64,000 nucleotides of DNA from an uncultured Chloroflexia bacterium (GCA_963763775.1 CAVXPZ010000001.1:128001-192000), one strand, 5' to 3'. Positions 10,249 to 20,660 are shown, numbered from the stretch's first letter. Notes: generated by a model from the sequence alone, not told the origin. Numbers and translations are program-made.

Positions 10249-11985
10249 ATGACGGCCACGGCAGGCACCCGCGCCGCGAAGACGAAGAAGCGCTTTCCGA
10301 TCCTCGAGGGCGTCCTGCCGATCGACATGCCGCGCCTGCCGACCGAGGTCATCGCGGGGCTGACCCTGGCCGCGCTGGCGATGCCCGAGGTGATGGGCTA
10401 CGCCAAGATCGCCGAGATGCCCGTGGTCCTGGGCCTGTACACGCTGGTCCTGCCGCTGGCTGCCTTCGCGATCTTCGGCTCGTCCCGACACCTCGTGGTC
10501 GGAGCGGACTCGGCGACCGCCGCGGTCCTTGCGACCGGGCTGGCCGGGATCGCCGCCGCCGGAGCACCGGCATCCGCCAGCTGGGTGGCGATGGGGAGCC
10601 TGGCAGCACTCATGTGCGCGGTGTTCATGATCGTGGGCCGGGTCATCCGGCTCGGGTTCATCGCCAACTTCCTGTCGCATAGCGTCCTCATCGGCTTCCT
10701 GACCGGCGTCGGCATCCAGGTGGCGATGGGCCAGGTGGCCGGGATGTTCGGGGTGAGCGACGGCAGCGGTACCACGCTCGAGAAGTTCGGCAACACACTC
10801 AGGGCCATCGGCGCCGGCGACACGAGCGTCCCGACCCTCCTCGTGTCCATCGCGGTCCTCGTGACGATCGTCGGGCTGGAACGGGTGAACAAGAAGATCC
10901 CCGGTGCGCTCATCGCGGTGGTGGGGGCCATCGTCCTGAGCTACGCCTTCGATTTCGCTGCCCGAGGGATCACCACCGTCGGCACCGTCCCAGCCGGCCT
11001 GCCGCCGATCGGCCTGCCGGCCATCTCGGCGGACCAGCTGGTCAGCGACATGACGGCGCTCCTGCCGATCGTCGCCTCGATGTTCGTCCTGATCCTGGCC
11101 CAGAGTGCGGCGACGTCGCGCGCCTACGCCATGAAGTACGGCGACAGTTTCAACGAGAACGTCGATCTCATCGGCCTTGGGCTGGCCAACGCCGCGGCCG
11201 GTATCAGCGGCACGTTCGTCGTGAACGGCTCACCCACCAAGACCGAGATGGTCGACAACGCCGGCGGTCGGAGTCAGCTGGCGACGCTGACCACCGGTGT
11301 CGTCGTGGTGGTCGTGCTGCTCTTCCTCACCTACTGGCTGTCGTTCATGCCGAACGCCGTCCTCGCGGCGGTCGTCTTCCTGATCGGGATCAAACTCGTC
11401 GACTACCTTGGGATGCGCGGCATCTATGGGCTGCGCAGGGATGAGTTCGTCGTGGCGGCGATCACCGCAGCGGTCGTGGTCGTGGTCGGGGTGGAGCAGG
11501 GGATCATCCTCGCGATCATCCTCTCGCTGGTGCTCGTCCTGATGCATGTCTACAGGCCACATGACCACGTCCTGGCATTCAGTCCCGACAGCCAGCCCAC
11601 GATGTCCTCCGTGGCAAAGCCGATCCAGGCTGCCCCAGGACTGATCATCTACGACTTCGGCGCGGAGCTGTTCTACGCGAACGCCACGCGGTTCACCGAA
11701 GAGATCATGGACATCGTCGAGAGCGCCGACCCGCCGATCCGTTGGCTGGCCATCAACGCGGCCGCGATCGGCGACGTGGACTTCTCGGGCGCCGACTCCG
11801 TCCGCCAGATCCAGAACGAGCTCGTTCACCAGAATGCGGCGCTGGTGCTGTGTGCGGTCGATCCTGCTGTTCGCAAGCTGCTTGACGCCTACGGGCTGAC
11901 CGACACGATCGGCGCCGACCACATCTTCGAGCGGCCGATCGACGTGGTGGCGGCGTATTCGAAGCTGGCCCCGGCAGCGGGGTAG
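10249..11985 (+). CDS. SulP/SLC26 anion transporter with STAS domain
   Basis: AGLTLAALAMPEVMGYAKIA, GSSRHLVVGAD and C-terminal STAS (LFYANA, DFSG). Confidence 0.93.
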   Translation: MTATAGTRAAKTKKRFPILEGVLPIDMPRLPTEVIAGLTLAALAMPEVMGYAKIAEMPVVLGLYTLVLPLAAFAIFGSSRHLVVGADSATAAVLATGLAGIAAAGAPASASWVAMGSLAALMCAVFMIVGRVIRLGFIANFLSHSVLIGFLTGVGIQVAMGQVAGMFGVSDGSGTTLEKFGNTLRAIGAGDTSVPTLLVSIAVLVTIVGLERVNKKIPGALIAVVGAIVLSYAFDFAARGITTVGTVPAGLPPIGLPAISADQLVSDMTALLPIVASMFVLILAQSAATSRAYAMKYGDSFNENVDLIGLGLANAAAGISGTFVVNGSPTKTEMVDNAGGRSQLATLTTGVVVVVVLLFLTYWLSFMPNAVLAAVVFLIGIKLVDYLGMRGIYGLRRDEFVVAAITAAVVVVVGVEQGIILAIILSLVLVLMHVYRPHDHVLAFSPDSQPTMSSVAKPIQAAPGLIIYDFGAELFYANATRFTEEIMDIVESADPPIRWLAINAAAIGDVDFSGADSVRQIQNELVHQNAALVLCAVDPAVRKLLDAYGLTDTIGADHIFERPIDVVAAYSKLAPAAG

Positions 11986-12013
11986 CGCCGGTCGTCTTCG
12001 ATGGAGGATCCCG

Positions 12014-13363
12014 ATGGCCATGCTACTGACCCGTGAGGAGCGCGCCAAGCTGGGACAAGCCGCCCGAACCCGGGTCCCGGCCGCCGAGCACCGGACCTGG
12101 GCGCCGGCTCCCGGCCGAGCCGATCCGATCGCCCTCCTTGAGGAGCAGGCCAAGACCCGTGTGCCGGAGCTGGTCCCGATCCGCTACGGTCGGATGGCCG
12201 ACTCGCCCTTCACGTTCTTCCGTGGTGCCGCGCTGCCGATGGCCGCCGACCTGTCGGTGACACCGGTGAGCGGCCTGACCGTCCAGGCCTGTGGCGACGC
12301 GCACCTTTCGAACTTCGGGCTGTTCGCCTCGCCCGAGCGGAACCTGCTGTTCGACATCAACGACTTCGACGAGACGCTGCCCGGCCCGTGGGAGTGGGAT
12401 CTCAAACGGCTCGCCGCAAGCTTGGTGGTCGCCGGGCGCCAACTCGGCTTCGACGCGGTCACGAACGCCCACACCGTCCATGCGGCTGTTCACAGTTATC
12501 GCGCGCGGATGGCCGCGTTCGCCGAGATGTCCGCGCTCGAGGTCTTCTACGCACGCGTCGATGTCGAAGCGATCACCGGATTCGTCAACAAGCGCGCGCG
12601 GCCGTTCCTCGAGTCGACCGTCCGCTCGTCATCCAGGCACGACAGCCTGCACGAGCTTCCCAAGCTGACGGAGATCGGGCCGGATGGCCAGCGGCGGATC
12701 CGCGATCGGCCGCCGGTCCTCGTCCATCGACCCGACATGACCGATCAGGCGATGAAGCTCGGGCTGGCGGCCTACCGCGAGTCGCTCCTGATGGACCGAC
12801 GGGCGTTGTTCGACCGCTACCAATTCGTCGATCTCGCGCTCAAGGTGGTCGGCGTCGGGAGCGTCGGTCTGGCAGCGATCGTGGTGCTGCTCGACGAGGG
12901 CGCCGACGAGGACCCCGTCTTCCTCCAGATCAAGGAGGCCGAGGCGTCCGTCCTGGAGCGGTTCCTGGGCTCGAGCGCGTATCCCACGAGCGGCGAGCGC
13001 GTGGTGTCCGGCCAGCGGCTCCTCCAGGCGGCCGGTGATGTCCTCCTCGGCTGGGCCGTCGGACCGGGGGGACGGCACTTCTACATCCGACAGCTCCAGG
13101 ACCAGAAGGGGAGCGCGGTCGTCGAGGCGATGACGCATCACGACCTGGTCGCGTGGGGTCGTCTGTGCGGCTGGGCGCTGGCTCGAGGTCACGCGCGGTC
13201 CGGGGATCCGGTGGCCATCGCCGGCTACCTGGGCGACGACAACGCGGTCGACCATGCCCTGGCCGACTTCGCCGCGGCCTACGCGGATCAGAACGAGAAG
13301 GACCATGCGGCGTTGGTCGCCGCCATCAAGTCAGGCCGGATCACGGCCACGACCGGCACCTAG
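12014..13363 (+). CDS. DUF2252 family protein (kinase-like fold)
   Basis: RYGRM..SPFTFFRGAA, CGDAHLSNFG, FDINDFDET, KVVGVGSVG and LARGHARSGD. Confidence 0.9.
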   Translation: MAMLLTREERAKLGQAARTRVPAAEHRTWAPAPGRADPIALLEEQAKTRVPELVPIRYGRMADSPFTFFRGAALPMAADLSVTPVSGLTVQACGDAHLSNFGLFASPERNLLFDINDFDETLPGPWEWDLKRLAASLVVAGRQLGFDAVTNAHTVHAAVHSYRARMAAFAEMSALEVFYARVDVEAITGFVNKRARPFLESTVRSSSRHDSLHELPKLTEIGPDGQRRIRDRPPVLVHRPDMTDQAMKLGLAAYRESLLMDRRALFDRYQFVDLALKVVGVGSVGLAAIVVLLDEGADEDPVFLQIKEAEASVLERFLGSSAYPTSGERVVSGQRLLQAAGDVLLGWAVGPGGRHFYIRQLQDQKGSAVVEAMTHHDLVAWGRLCGWALARGHARSGDPVAIAGYLGDDNAVDHALADFAAAYADQNEKDHAALVAAIKSGRITATTGT

Positions 13364-13442
13364 GTCCCGCCGTGACCGTTCATCGCCCGGTGTCCGTGGC
13401 TCGCGCGTCACCGTCTGCCTCTCGTGCCGTACCGTGACCTCG

Positions 13443-14858
13443 ATGGACCTCGCTGACTCGTCCACCCCGGTCGCGACGACGACCGACGGCCCGCCCGCGT
13501 TCCACCTGCTGGCCAAGCCGACGGGGGCGACCTGCAACCTCGACTGCGAGTACTGCTTCTTCCTGTCGAAGGAGATGCTCTATCCGGGCAGCCGGTTCAG
13601 GATGGCCGACGAGCTGCTCGAGACCTACATCCGCCAGCTCATCGAGGCGCAGCGGGCGCCGTACGTCGCGATCGCCTGGCAGGGCGGCGAGCCGACCCTC
13701 ATGGGCGCCGATTTCTTCCGACGCGCCCACGCGTACGTCGAGAAGCACCGACGACCCGGCATGCAGGTCGAGTACACGATCCAGACCAACGGCACGCTCA
13801 TCGACGACGAGCTGGCGGCATTGTTCAAGGAGCACGACTACCTCGTCGGGATCAGCATCGACGGACCACCTGCGATGCACGATGCGTACCGCGTCGACCG
13901 CGGCGGTGCTCCGACGTCGGAGCGAGTCCTGCGCGGGCTCGCGATGCTGGAGAAGCACGGCGTCGAGTTCAACACCCTGACCACGCTCCATCGGGCGAAC
14001 GCCGACCACCCGCTCGAGGTCTATCGGTATCTGCGAGACGAGCTCGGCTCACGCTACCTCCAGTTCATCCCGATCATCGAGCGGCTGCCGACACCACGGA
14101 TCGACGTGACCCTCGACCAGATCGAGCTCTCGCCCGGACTCGCCCGCGAGGCGCCGTGGCGGTCCTGGCGCGACCGTCCGCTCTATCGCCAGGAGGGGAC
14201 GCTCGTCACCGATCGCTCGGTCACTGCCGACCAGTACGGCACGTTCCTCAACACGGTCTTCGACGAGTGGGTCCGCCGCGACATCGGCACCGTCTACGTC
14301 CAGATGTTCGACGTCGCGCTGGCCAATTGGCACGGCGAGCCGGGCGGGCTGTGCGTCTTCCAGCCGACGTGCGGCGGCGCGCTGGCGATGGAGCACAACG
14401 GCGACGTGTACTCGTGCGACCACTTCGTCGAAGAGGGCCACATGCTCGGCAACATCACCGAGACGCCGATGGCCGACCTGGTCGCGTCACCCGCCCAGCG
14501 CAGGTTCGGTCAGGACAAGCTCGACGCGCTGCCGCAGTTCTGCCTCGACTGTGACGTCCGCTTCGCGTGCCACGGCGCCTGCCCCAAGGACCGCTTCATC
14601 CGGACGCCGGATGGCGAGCCCGGGCTCAACTACCTGTGCCGCGGCTACAAGGCCTTCTTCCACCACGTCGACGAGCCGATGCGGGCGATGTCGGCGCTCC
14701 TCCGACAGGGCCGGGCGCCCTCGGAGCTGATGGCCGTCTACGCCGCGCGCGACGCGGATCTCCGGGCCGCCGTCGTGCGAGCCGGGCGGAACGATCCATG
14801 CCCCTGCGGCAGCGGCCGCAAAGTCAAGCACTGCCACGGGGCGAGCAACGTCGGCTGA
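13443..14858 (+). CDS. Anaerobic sulfatase maturase (radical SAM/SPASM) with C-terminal SEC-C motif
   Basis: CNLDCEYCF, QGGEPTL, YSCDHFV, SPASM cysteines and GRNDPCPCGSGRKVKHCHG. Confidence 0.93.
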   Translation: MDLADSSTPVATTTDGPPAFHLLAKPTGATCNLDCEYCFFLSKEMLYPGSRFRMADELLETYIRQLIEAQRAPYVAIAWQGGEPTLMGADFFRRAHAYVEKHRRPGMQVEYTIQTNGTLIDDELAALFKEHDYLVGISIDGPPAMHDAYRVDRGGAPTSERVLRGLAMLEKHGVEFNTLTTLHRANADHPLEVYRYLRDELGSRYLQFIPIIERLPTPRIDVTLDQIELSPGLAREAPWRSWRDRPLYRQEGTLVTDRSVTADQYGTFLNTVFDEWVRRDIGTVYVQMFDVALANWHGEPGGLCVFQPTCGGALAMEHNGDVYSCDHFVEEGHMLGNITETPMADLVASPAQRRFGQDKLDALPQFCLDCDVRFACHGACPKDRFIRTPDGEPGLNYLCRGYKAFFHHVDEPMRAMSALLRQGRAPSELMAVYAARDADLRAAVVRAGRNDPCPCGSGRKVKHCHGASNVG

Positions 14859-14974
14859 GGGCGTTCGGAGGCCGCACGTCGACGCCTGCGGGCGGCTCGA
14901 GGTGGAGCCGATCGGCCGGGTGGTGGTCGCCCCGGGTCCGGTGGGGGACCCGGGGCGGCTGGGTACTGGTTCGG

Positions 14975-15478
14975 TCAGGCGACCGGTGCGGGAGCCTCGG
15001 CCTCGGGGGTCGCCTCGGCCACGGCGGCCAGGGCCTCATCGGAGACGTCGTGGGCTTCCACGTCGCCACCGAGTTCGGTGAGCTTGCCGGCGACGGCGCC
15101 GGCTTCACCGGTCGGGACGAGGACGCCGACGGCCGCCTTGCCGCCGGTCAGTTCCGCACCGATCCGGGTGCTGTCCTCGTCGGTGAGGCCGAGTCCCTTG
15201 TGATGGAAGGCGCCGAGGATGCCGCCACCGACCACGCCGGCGAGCAAGGTCGGCGGGGCGACGACGGCCAGCACGAGGCCGATGCCGGCGCCCTTCTTGG
15301 TGCTCCGCTGGCCCATCTTGTGCGTCTTGAGCGATCCGTTGTCGTCGAGCACGAGGACGCCGATCGCGCCGAGCTTGACGTCATTGCTCGCCTGGTCCCA
15401 CGTCTTGAGGGCGTCGACCGCCGCGTCGGCGGCCGCCTCGTCCGCGAAGATCCCGAGGACCATCTGATTCTCAGCCAT
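14975..15478 (-). CDS. DUF1269-like glycine-zipper membrane protein
   Basis: GAGIGLVLAVV..GVVGGGILGA; GGGAGA RBS. Confidence 0.7.
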   Translation of the reverse strand: MAENQMVLGIFADEAAADAAVDALKTWDQASNDVKLGAIGVLVLDDNGSLKTHKMGQRSTKKGAGIGLVLAVVAPPTLLAGVVGGGILGAFHHKGLGLTDEDSTRIGAELTGGKAAVGVLVPTGEAGAVAGKLTELGGDVEAHDVSDEALAAVAEATPEAEAPAPVA

Positions 15479-15535
15479 GTCGTGTCTCCCTCGATGCTCG
15501 ATGGGTACGCGCTCCCGACCAGCGGTCGGAGGCGC

Positions 15536-15691
15536 TCAGATCCGGCGGCGACCGGGCGTGACGGCAGCACCGACGACGGCGGCCTTGGCGACCGGCGACG
15601 GGCCGGGCTTGACGGCCGCGGTCACGACGGCGGCCTTGGCGACGGGAGCGCCGATGACGCCGACTCCCCGGCGACCTGGTCCGAGCGGCAT
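15536..15691 (-). CDS. 51-aa microprotein with a duplicated PVAKAAVV motif (absent from the ORF track)
   Basis: AGGAG RBS just upstream of ATG 15691; MPLGPGRRGVGVIGAPVAKAAVVTAAVKPGPSPVAKAAVVGAAVTPGRRRI; fills the gap between two co-oriented genes. Confidence 0.7.
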   Translation of the reverse strand: MPLGPGRRGVGVIGAPVAKAAVVTAAVKPGPSPVAKAAVVGAAVTPGRRRI

Positions 15692-16161
15692 GTCAGACTC
15701 CTGACTGGTTCGAGCGCCGCGTCAGCCTCGTCGGCCTCGATGGCGGCGATGAGGGCCTGGACGGGGATGCGACCGTTGGCGATGAGCTGACCGCCGGCCC
15801 GGCGCATGGCCGATGCGAATGGCGCGGCCCACAGGTTCTCGTACACGAGAACGCCGGCAGCACTACCTGGATCCATCGCTGCGGCGAGGTGCACGACGTC
15901 GTCCTCGGCCAAGGTCTGGGCGAGTTCGGCCTCGATCCGTTGGATCGCTCCGAGCTCGGGCAGATCGGAGAGTTCCATCGCCTCGACCGAGCCATCCGCG
16001 TCCTTGATCAGGACGAGGATGTCCATGATCCGGATGATCCCGGCGTCATGGAGGCGCAGCAGTTCATCCGCGCCCTCGCCGGTGAAGTCCTGCTGCCCTG
16101 CGGGGAACTCGACGATCAGGTAGTCGACGGGCCCAAGCTCGTCGAGCGATCGATCTTCCAT
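15622..16161 (-). CDS. DUF6325 family protein (true stop may be near 15693)
   Basis: LGPVDYLIVEFP, G.IRIMDILVLIKD.DG and LVYENLWAAPF. Confidence 0.8.
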   Translation of the reverse strand: MEDRSLDELGPVDYLIVEFPAGQQDFTGEGADELLRLHDAGIIRIMDILVLIKDADGSVEAMELSDLPELGAIQRIEAELAQTLAEDDVVHLAAAMDPGSAAGVLVYENLWAAPFASAMRRAGGQLIANGRIPVQALIAAIEADEADAALEPVRSLTCRSDQVAGESASSALPSPRPPS

Positions 16162-16208
16162 GGTGCGACTCCGATTCGCTTCTCGGCCGTTGTGCCAGTG
16201 CCCGCTGG

Positions 16209-16592
16209 TCACTCCTCGACGAGGCCGAACGCCTTCTTGACCGAGGCGCGGTTCAGGTACCAGAGGAGGAGGAACGGGAAGACCGTGGATGCCAGGGCGT
16301 AGCTCAGGTTGCCGGTCCCCAGGAGCGCGAAGATCGCCTCGATGATCCCGAGGATCGCCAGGAAGTGGCCGAGCATCCAGCCCCACGGCTCGAGGCGCCA
16401 GGCGGCAAAGCCACCGGCCCAGAAGGCCAGACCGGTCAGCACGATCAGCCAACCCCAGAGCCAGGTGCCCTGACCGCTTGGCAGCGGTCCGAAGGTGACG
16501 GCGGTCGTCATCTGGAAGCCGAGCATCATGTAGCTGAGCCCGGCCGCCGCGAAGATGATCGCGAGCACGGTGATGCCGATGGGTCGTTTCAC
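16209..16592 (-). CDS. Small four-TM membrane protein
   Basis: KRPIGITVLAII start, W.L.PWGW and YLNR..VKKAF; AGGAGAGGG RBS. Confidence 0.75.
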   Translation of the reverse strand: MKRPIGITVLAIIFAAAGLSYMMLGFQMTTAVTFGPLPSGQGTWLWGWLIVLTGLAFWAGGFAAWRLEPWGWMLGHFLAILGIIEAIFALLGTGNLSYALASTVFPFLLLWYLNRASVKKAFGLVEE

Positions 16593-16678
16593 GTTCCCTC
16601 TCCTCCTACAGGTCTGCCGCAGTCGAGCCGGAGCGGACATTCCCTTGGCAAGACCGTAGCGGCGACGTCGGGGCACGG

Positions 16679-16699
16679 CATCAGCCGCCTCGGGTGATA
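16679..16699 (-). promoter_or_regulatory. Island operator copy 2
   Basis: TATCACCC-GAGGC-GGCTGATG on the minus strand; TACGGT -10 at 16658-16653. Confidence 0.6.
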
Positions 16700-16733
16700 A
16701 GTGCTCCCCGCGACGTCCCATGCACGCCCGGCG

Positions 16734-16754
16734 TTTCAGGTCGATAGGGTGATG
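16734..16754 (+). promoter_or_regulatory. Island operator copy 3
   Basis: TTTCAGGT-CGATA-GGGTGATG; GATACT -10 at 16774; upstream of the arylsulfatase. Confidence 0.6.
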
Positions 16755-16935
16755 TCCGACGCCGGGTGAGCCGGATACTCGTCCTATCGATCCCATGCGC
16801 AGATCGAAGGGCGCACGGCATCCGGGTCAGCCGTCGCCGCCGACGGGAACCCCGGCTCCTGCCGATGCCGCTTCGTCGAGACTGGCACCGGCGACGCGGT
16901 CCCGGGTCCAGACGACCAAGGAGGAGATCGCAGTC

Positions 16936-19341
16936 ATGCCCGTCGTCGATCGCAGTCACCTGCCCATCCGGCGCCCGTCGTTCGCGGGAGTCGTCAATCG
17001 GACGCTTGCTGGATCGCAGCCAGACTGGAACCTCATCGGGCACCCGTCGCCGCCCGACGGCGCGCCGAACGTCCTGCTCGTCCTGATCGACGACGCCGGC
17101 TTCGGGAACCCCAGCACCTTCGGCGGCCCGATCCAGACACCGAACTACACGCGGATGGCCGAGGGAGGCGTCCGGTACAACCGCTTCCATGTGACGGCGA
17201 TCTGCTCCCCCACACGGGCGGCGCTGCTCACGGGTCGCAACAGTCACGCGGTCGGCTTCGGGTCCGTGGGCGAGTTCGCGGGAGGCTACCCGGGCTATTC
17301 CGCCACCCTGCCCCGTGATTGCGCGCCGCTGCCGCGGATCCTGCGGGACAACGGCTACAACACGGCCGCGTTCGGCAAGTGGCATCTGACGCCTGACGGG
17401 CAGCAGGGACCAGGGGGACCGTTCGACCGGTGGCCGACGGGATGGGGCTTCGAGTACTTCTACGGCTTCCTCGGCGGTGGCGCCGGGCAGTGGGACACCG
17501 TCCTCGCCGAGAACCAGAAGATCATCGGGGTCGACCCCGCCTACGGCGACGAGGAGCACCCGTACTACCTGCCCGATGCCATGGCCGACAAGACCATCGA
17601 GTGGCTGCACGGGATCCGGGCACAGGACGCCAAGAAGCCGTTCTTCGCCTTCTTCTCGACCGGCTGTAGCCATGCCCCCCACCATGTCGCCGAGTCATGG
17701 GCGGCCAAGTACAAGGGCAAGTTCGATCAGGGCTGGGACCGCCTGCGTGAGGAGACGTTCGCCCGACAGCAGGCGCTCGGCGTGGTGCCCCCCGATGCGG
17801 AGCTGACGCCGCGCAACGAAGCGTTCCCGGCCTGGGACAGCGTTCCAGACCAGCTCAAGGCGTTCTACTCCCGCCAGATGGAGGTCTACGCCGGCTTCTC
17901 CGAGAACGCCGACCACAACGTCGGACGGGTGATCGATGCCATCGATGAGCTGGGCGAGCTCGACAACACCCTGGTCATCTGGATCTGGGGCGACAACGGC
18001 GCCAGCATGGAGGGCACCGTCACCGGCTCATTCAACGAGCTGACGATGCAGAACGGCATCCCCTTGACCGACGAGATGCAGCTCCAGCTGTCCGAGCGGT
18101 ATGGCGGCACGGACGCCTGGGGTGCCGAGATCATGGCACCGCACTACGGCGCGGCCTGGGCATGGGCCGGCAACACCCCCTTCCAGTGGGGCAAGCAGGT
18201 CGGCTCGCACCTGGGCGGGACCCGCAACCCGATGGTCATCCATTGGCCGGACAGCGTCCCCTCGGGTGGCGGGCTCAGAACGCAGTTCACCCACGTCATC
18301 GACATCGCGCCGACCATCCTCGACATCGCCGGGATCCCGGCGCCGACGACCGTCGACGGCATCGACCAGCGACCGCTCCACGGGGTCGCCTTCACGGACA
18401 GCCTGACGATGCCAGACGCGCCGGAGCGGCACACGCAGCAGTACTTCGAGTCGGTCGGCAACCGGTCCATGTACAAGGACGGTTGGTGGCTGTCCATGCG
18501 GACGGCGCGCATCCCGTGGGTCCTCACACCACAGGCGATCATGCCCTACGCGCCCGGCGTCTGGGATCCGGACAAGGACCCGACCGAGCTGTACTACCTG
18601 CCCGACGACTTCAGCCAGGCGCACGACCTGGCGGCCGAGCGCCCAGAGAAGGTGGCTGAGCTCAGGGAGCTGTTCTGGCAGGAGGCCGAGCAGTACCAGG
18701 TGCTCCCGCTCCTGGCCACCCTCTCGTCGTTCTTCGGTCAGCTGCCCCCGATGCCCGAGACCACCAAGCTCGAGTTCCGGGGCGATGTCCAGAACGTGCT
18801 GTCGGGCATGATCCCGCGCGTCTACAACCACTCCTACACGATCAGCGCGGACCTCGTCGTCCCCGCGGACGGCGTCGAGGGCGTGATCGTCGCCGAGGCC
18901 GACCACCTCGGCGGGTTCTCACTCTTCGTCCAGGACGGGAAGCTGACGCACACCTACTCGATGATGGGCGTCTTCATCTTCCGCCAGCAGGCCACCGAGC
19001 CGCTGCCGACAGGTGACGTCAACGTGCGGATGGAGTTCGCGGCCGACGCGCCAAAGCCGGCGACCGGCGGCCAGGTGACCCTCTACGTCAATGACCAGGA
19101 GGTCGGCGGAGGTCGGATGGACCACACCGTCCCGATGCGCTTCTCCGGCTACGCCGGCATGGACATCGGCCGCGACAACGGTGGCGTGGTGGACCGGAGC
19201 TACGCCGCGAAGGCGCCGTTCCCCTTCACGGGCACCGTCAAGAAGGTCGTCTTCGACATCAAGCCACACCTCGATCACGAGGAGGCCGAGTTGCACGAGG
19301 CCACGAAGAACGCCGACGTCGCCCACGCGCTGAGCGCCTGA
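16936..19341 (+). CDS. Arylsulfatase, Cys-type, cytoplasmic, with C-terminal LamG-like domain
   Basis: PNVLLVLIDD, CSPTRAALLTGRN, FGKWHL, HAPHH and GDNGAS; no signal peptide; AAGGAGG RBS. Confidence 0.95.
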   Translation: MPVVDRSHLPIRRPSFAGVVNRTLAGSQPDWNLIGHPSPPDGAPNVLLVLIDDAGFGNPSTFGGPIQTPNYTRMAEGGVRYNRFHVTAICSPTRAALLTGRNSHAVGFGSVGEFAGGYPGYSATLPRDCAPLPRILRDNGYNTAAFGKWHLTPDGQQGPGGPFDRWPTGWGFEYFYGFLGGGAGQWDTVLAENQKIIGVDPAYGDEEHPYYLPDAMADKTIEWLHGIRAQDAKKPFFAFFSTGCSHAPHHVAESWAAKYKGKFDQGWDRLREETFARQQALGVVPPDAELTPRNEAFPAWDSVPDQLKAFYSRQMEVYAGFSENADHNVGRVIDAIDELGELDNTLVIWIWGDNGASMEGTVTGSFNELTMQNGIPLTDEMQLQLSERYGGTDAWGAEIMAPHYGAAWAWAGNTPFQWGKQVGSHLGGTRNPMVIHWPDSVPSGGGLRTQFTHVIDIAPTILDIAGIPAPTTVDGIDQRPLHGVAFTDSLTMPDAPERHTQQYFESVGNRSMYKDGWWLSMRTARIPWVLTPQAIMPYAPGVWDPDKDPTELYYLPDDFSQAHDLAAERPEKVAELRELFWQEAEQYQVLPLLATLSSFFGQLPPMPETTKLEFRGDVQNVLSGMIPRVYNHSYTISADLVVPADGVEGVIVAEADHLGGFSLFVQDGKLTHTYSMMGVFIFRQQATEPLPTGDVNVRMEFAADAPKPATGGQVTLYVNDQEVGGGRMDHTVPMRFSGYAGMDIGRDNGGVVDRSYAAKAPFPFTGTVKKVVFDIKPHLDHEEAELHEATKNADVAHALSA

Positions 19342-19367
19342 TCCGAATCACCAGTGGAGACAGTGGC

Positions 19368-19874
19368 ATGAGCAAGGAAGAGACCATCGACGTCCTGATG
19401 GCCGGGTACCTCTCGAAGGACGCGGCGCAGGATGACTTCGACGCGGTCAACGCGTCAGGCGCGGACCTGATCGGTCTGGTCATCCTCGACAAGGACCTCG
19501 AAGGCACCGTTTCGATCGATGTCGAGGACCACGCGGTCCGCACGGGCGCGAAGAAGCTCGGAGGCGTCGGCTTCATCGTCGGCCTGTTCGCGCCACCGCT
19601 CCTCGCCGCGACGGCAGCCGGCGCCGTGATCGGAGCCGGGGTCGGCAAGGTCGCGCATCGCAAGATCGAGGCCGGGATCAAAGCGTCGGCTGAGGGGTCG
19701 ATCCCGATCGGCGGCGCCGCGCTCATCGCGGTGTACCACCCCGGCTCGTCCGCGGCCATCGAGGCGGCCGTCACACGGGCGATCAAGCGCAGCAACGGCG
19801 AGGCCACCGGCCCGCACAAGACCGCGTTGAAGGCGGCGATGGCGGACGCCCAGGCGAAGATGAACGCCGGGTGA
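19368..19874 (+). CDS. DUF1269-like glycine-zipper membrane protein
   Basis: GGVGFIVGLFAPPLLAATAAGAVIGAGVG. Confidence 0.75.
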   Translation: MSKEETIDVLMAGYLSKDAAQDDFDAVNASGADLIGLVILDKDLEGTVSIDVEDHAVRTGAKKLGGVGFIVGLFAPPLLAATAAGAVIGAGVGKVAHRKIEAGIKASAEGSIPIGGAALIAVYHPGSSAAIEAAVTRAIKRSNGEATGPHKTALKAAMADAQAKMNAG

Positions 19875-19934
19875 GGTCGACCTCGCTGGAGGCGGCGGCA
19901 CCGTAGGACCCGGACGCGCGCGGCGCCCGGGAGG

Positions 19935-20660
19935 ATGAGGGTGGAGATGCAGCCGAAGCCCCGGGTGCTCGTCGTGTACTACACGTTCAGCAAGCAGACC
20001 GAGCGCGTCGCCGAGGTCATCGCGACGACGCTCGAAGGCCGTGGCGCCGACGTGACCAGGGCACGCATCGAGCTCACGGACAAGCGCTGGGCGAAGCGGT
20101 TCGAACGGGTCCCGATGCGGTTCCCGCTGCTCAAGATCGTGGGCATGCTCCCGGCCCAGATCCGGCAGGCGACGGGTGAGATCGCCGTCCCGCCCGAAGC
20201 GCAGGAGGGCGACTACGACCTCGTCATCGTCGGGTCTCCGACCTGGTGGTTCCGGGTGAGCCTGCCGATCCGGTCCTATCTCAAGTCACCGGCCACGAGG
20301 AAGGTCCTCGACGGGAAGCCGTTCGCCGCCTTTTCCACATCCCGCCGGTACTGGCACTCGAACGTCGGCGACATCCGGCGGTTCGGCGAAGCCGCTGGCG
20401 GCAGGTGGATCGACGAAACGCATTTCGTGGCCAAGGGCAACCAGGTCCAGTCGATGCTCTCCTGGCTCAGCTTCATGTCCGGGTTCACCTACTTCAACAA
20501 GCTGCTGCGTCTGCCGCCGACCAACCTTCAGCCCGGCTTCGAGTCGCAGGCGCGCCAGTTCGCTGAGGGCCTGGCCGACCAGACCCTCGGTGCGTTCGCG
20601 GCAGCATCTTCCGAGCGCACCGAGCATCGCGGAACGCGACCACCGGAGGCACAAGAGTGA
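19935..20660 (+). CDS. Flavodoxin-like protein
   Basis: LVVYYTFSKQTERVA and YDLVIVGSPTWW. Confidence 0.8.
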   Translation: MRVEMQPKPRVLVVYYTFSKQTERVAEVIATTLEGRGADVTRARIELTDKRWAKRFERVPMRFPLLKIVGMLPAQIRQATGEIAVPPEAQEGDYDLVIVGSPTWWFRVSLPIRSYLKSPATRKVLDGKPFAAFSTSRRYWHSNVGDIRRFGEAAGGRWIDETHFVAKGNQVQSMLSWLSFMSGFTYFNKLLRLPPTNLQPGFESQARQFAEGLADQTLGAFAAASSERTEHRGTRPPEAQE

